Positions 62,727 to 64,000 of a DNA stretch of 64,000 nt are shown one piece after another. Each line of letters starts with the position of its first letter. Position 1 is the stretch's first letter. The notes beneath the pieces are model-generated. The model was not told the origin of the DNA, ran no database searches, and saw only the letters and a list, made by a program, of their open reading frames with translations. The position numbers were made by a program, and so were the translations under genes. This DNA is from Leucoraja ocellata. Lineage: Eukaryota. Location: contig JAWMAR010000325.1 of assembly GCA_036785375.1 (NCBI GenBank), forward strand, positions 186,001 to 250,000, written 5' to 3'.

Positions 62727-62837
62727 CTTGGAATTCTTTGCATAGTACAGTATCCGTCCGCGGAGCTTAAAGTATCTTCTCTTCCATCGCTGAAATGAAC
62801 TTGTCTGTTTCATTAGAAGTCCTTCTTTTATAATAGC
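62727..62837 (-). CDS. DGKD: DGKD exon ~2 (PH domain start) [37 protein letters not shown]
   Basis: 111 nt, cag|GCT...AAG|gtaaaa, phase 0-0. Confidence 0.95.
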
Positions 62838-63379
62838 CTGTGGGGATTGAAAACTCTGCATTTATAACTGAAAATAGAGGTAACATACATAATTATGCAA
62901 TGTGCTAGGCTTTAAAAGCACAGGACATGCAAATCAAACACAGAAAACCCAAACGACTATCCACCTCTAACCACAGATGCACACAATATATAAAGCAATA
63001 CCATTCAAGCTGGAGGCACTGCTGAGCAAACCATAATATAAAACCTACTTATTTGCCTAGGCTTTTGGTCAGTTAACCGTTTCATATTACATCATATTCA
63101 ATCTCTTGTGAACCACTTCTATCACTTTTACAACACCAATGGGCTACATGAGTGCAGGTTTATTACTATTGTAAGCATTTTCGAGTTTATCAATTGTTCA
63201 CACCACGCAAACAGACCTGCGGTCCGACTAGTCAATACCTGTTTTCAAGCTCCATACAAACGTTTTATCAACAAATTCTCAAGAGTCTTTTTGCATGCAA
63301 TAATCCAGCTTTCCCCCACATACAAAGATATTAAACGTTTTACTCCAGCTAACATGTTAAATTCTAACAGTTAAGTGAA

Positions 63380-63460
63380 GAAAGACACAAAAAGCTGGAG
63401 TTACTCAGCGGGTCAGGCAGCACCTCTGGAGAGAAGGAATGGGTGACGTTTCGGGTCGAG
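63380..63460 (-). mobile_element. Penelope-like short element, truncated
   Basis: Nearly identical to 7013-7090; lacks the CUGAAGA half of the core. Confidence 0.7.
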
Positions 63461-64000
63461 AAATGTCCCACTGGAAACTCTCTTCAAAAATGGAAACCAG
63501 ATGACAGGAAGAAAATTACACTGAAATTAATTTAGAGCAGAAGTTATGGTTGAGTATTTACAAAATGCAGATGAAGTGGGTTGCATACGGCTGATTTGGG
63601 ACTGCAATTTTGCTTAATCTCCTTCTTGTTTATTGCTACTTTGAGAAGTTGGTTGAGTTGGCAGCCGAGGTCATTCAATAGTATTGGATGAGGCCACATG
63701 GGCAGATGCTAAACTAATGCTCATGATCATTTAGAACTGGAATATGAACCATAGCCTGATTGTTGTGGCTGCCCTGAGCGTTTTTTAATTCATTTTCCAC
63801 ATGTAACAAGTTGTCACATCTTCTTTGACAAATTCTCAGATGATTCAAGGTGAATCAGGATTTTTTTTCCCAAAGAATATTAAAATTCTTGGGATTTTCA
63901 TACTGGGTCCAGAACCAGAGGAGAGACAGAAATATTTTATTGCACCCAAAGATCTTGCTGTAGGGTGCATATTGACCAAGTTTCACCAGGGTCAGTGGTA

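Larger units (their letters stand above)
1305..62837 (-). other. DGKD: DGKD (diacylglycerol kinase delta) gene body, partial: 18 internal coding exons (about exons 2-19); the gene extends beyond both window ends
   Basis: Manual splicing of 18 GT-AG exons gives a 2216-nt open frame matching type II DGK architecture. Delta-type segments ([53 protein letters not shown]) favour DGKD over DGKH/DGKK, based on recalled sequences rather than a database search. Confidence 0.95.

Noticed and set aside
1305-62837. Alternative assignment as DGKH or DGKK
   Set aside because: Exons 3, 5, 11 and 14-18 match recalled delta-specific sequences much better; only exon 2 looks eta-like.

Overview
Eukaryotic, not prokaryotic, DNA: AT-rich vertebrate genomic sequence whose repeat content (HE1/V-type tRNA SINEs, CR1/HER1-like LINEs, Deu-domain SINE relics) points to a cartilaginous fish, probably a skate or ray (inference). 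The whole window lies inside one minus-strand gene, diacylglycerol kinase delta (DGKD, type II DGK). I reconstructed 18 consecutive GT-AG coding exons, equivalent to mammalian exons 2-19: 2216 nt, open frame, splice phases consistent. They encode the PH domain, two C1 domains, the split catalytic domain and the start of the accessory domain. Exon 1 lies beyond position 64000 and the 3' exons lie below position 1. The introns hold many mobile elements: a solo LTR with a 4-bp target-site duplication (TSD), an IR/DR Tc1 (DD34E), PIF/Harbinger-like and Tigger-like MITEs, a non-autonomous Helitron, a CGGBP-type hAT relic, CR1, L2 and Rex/Babar LINE fragments, and SINEs. Main observations: (i) short Penelope-like hairpin retroelements carrying minimal hammerhead-ribozyme cores, some with TSDs; (ii) an in-frame 8-codon alternative start just upstream of exon 2 that parallels mammalian DGK-delta1; (iii) an L2 LINE inserted at the centre of a 26-bp palindrome. 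Most ORFs in the supplied track are spurious. Repeat boundaries are approximate unless a TSD or TIR is quoted.
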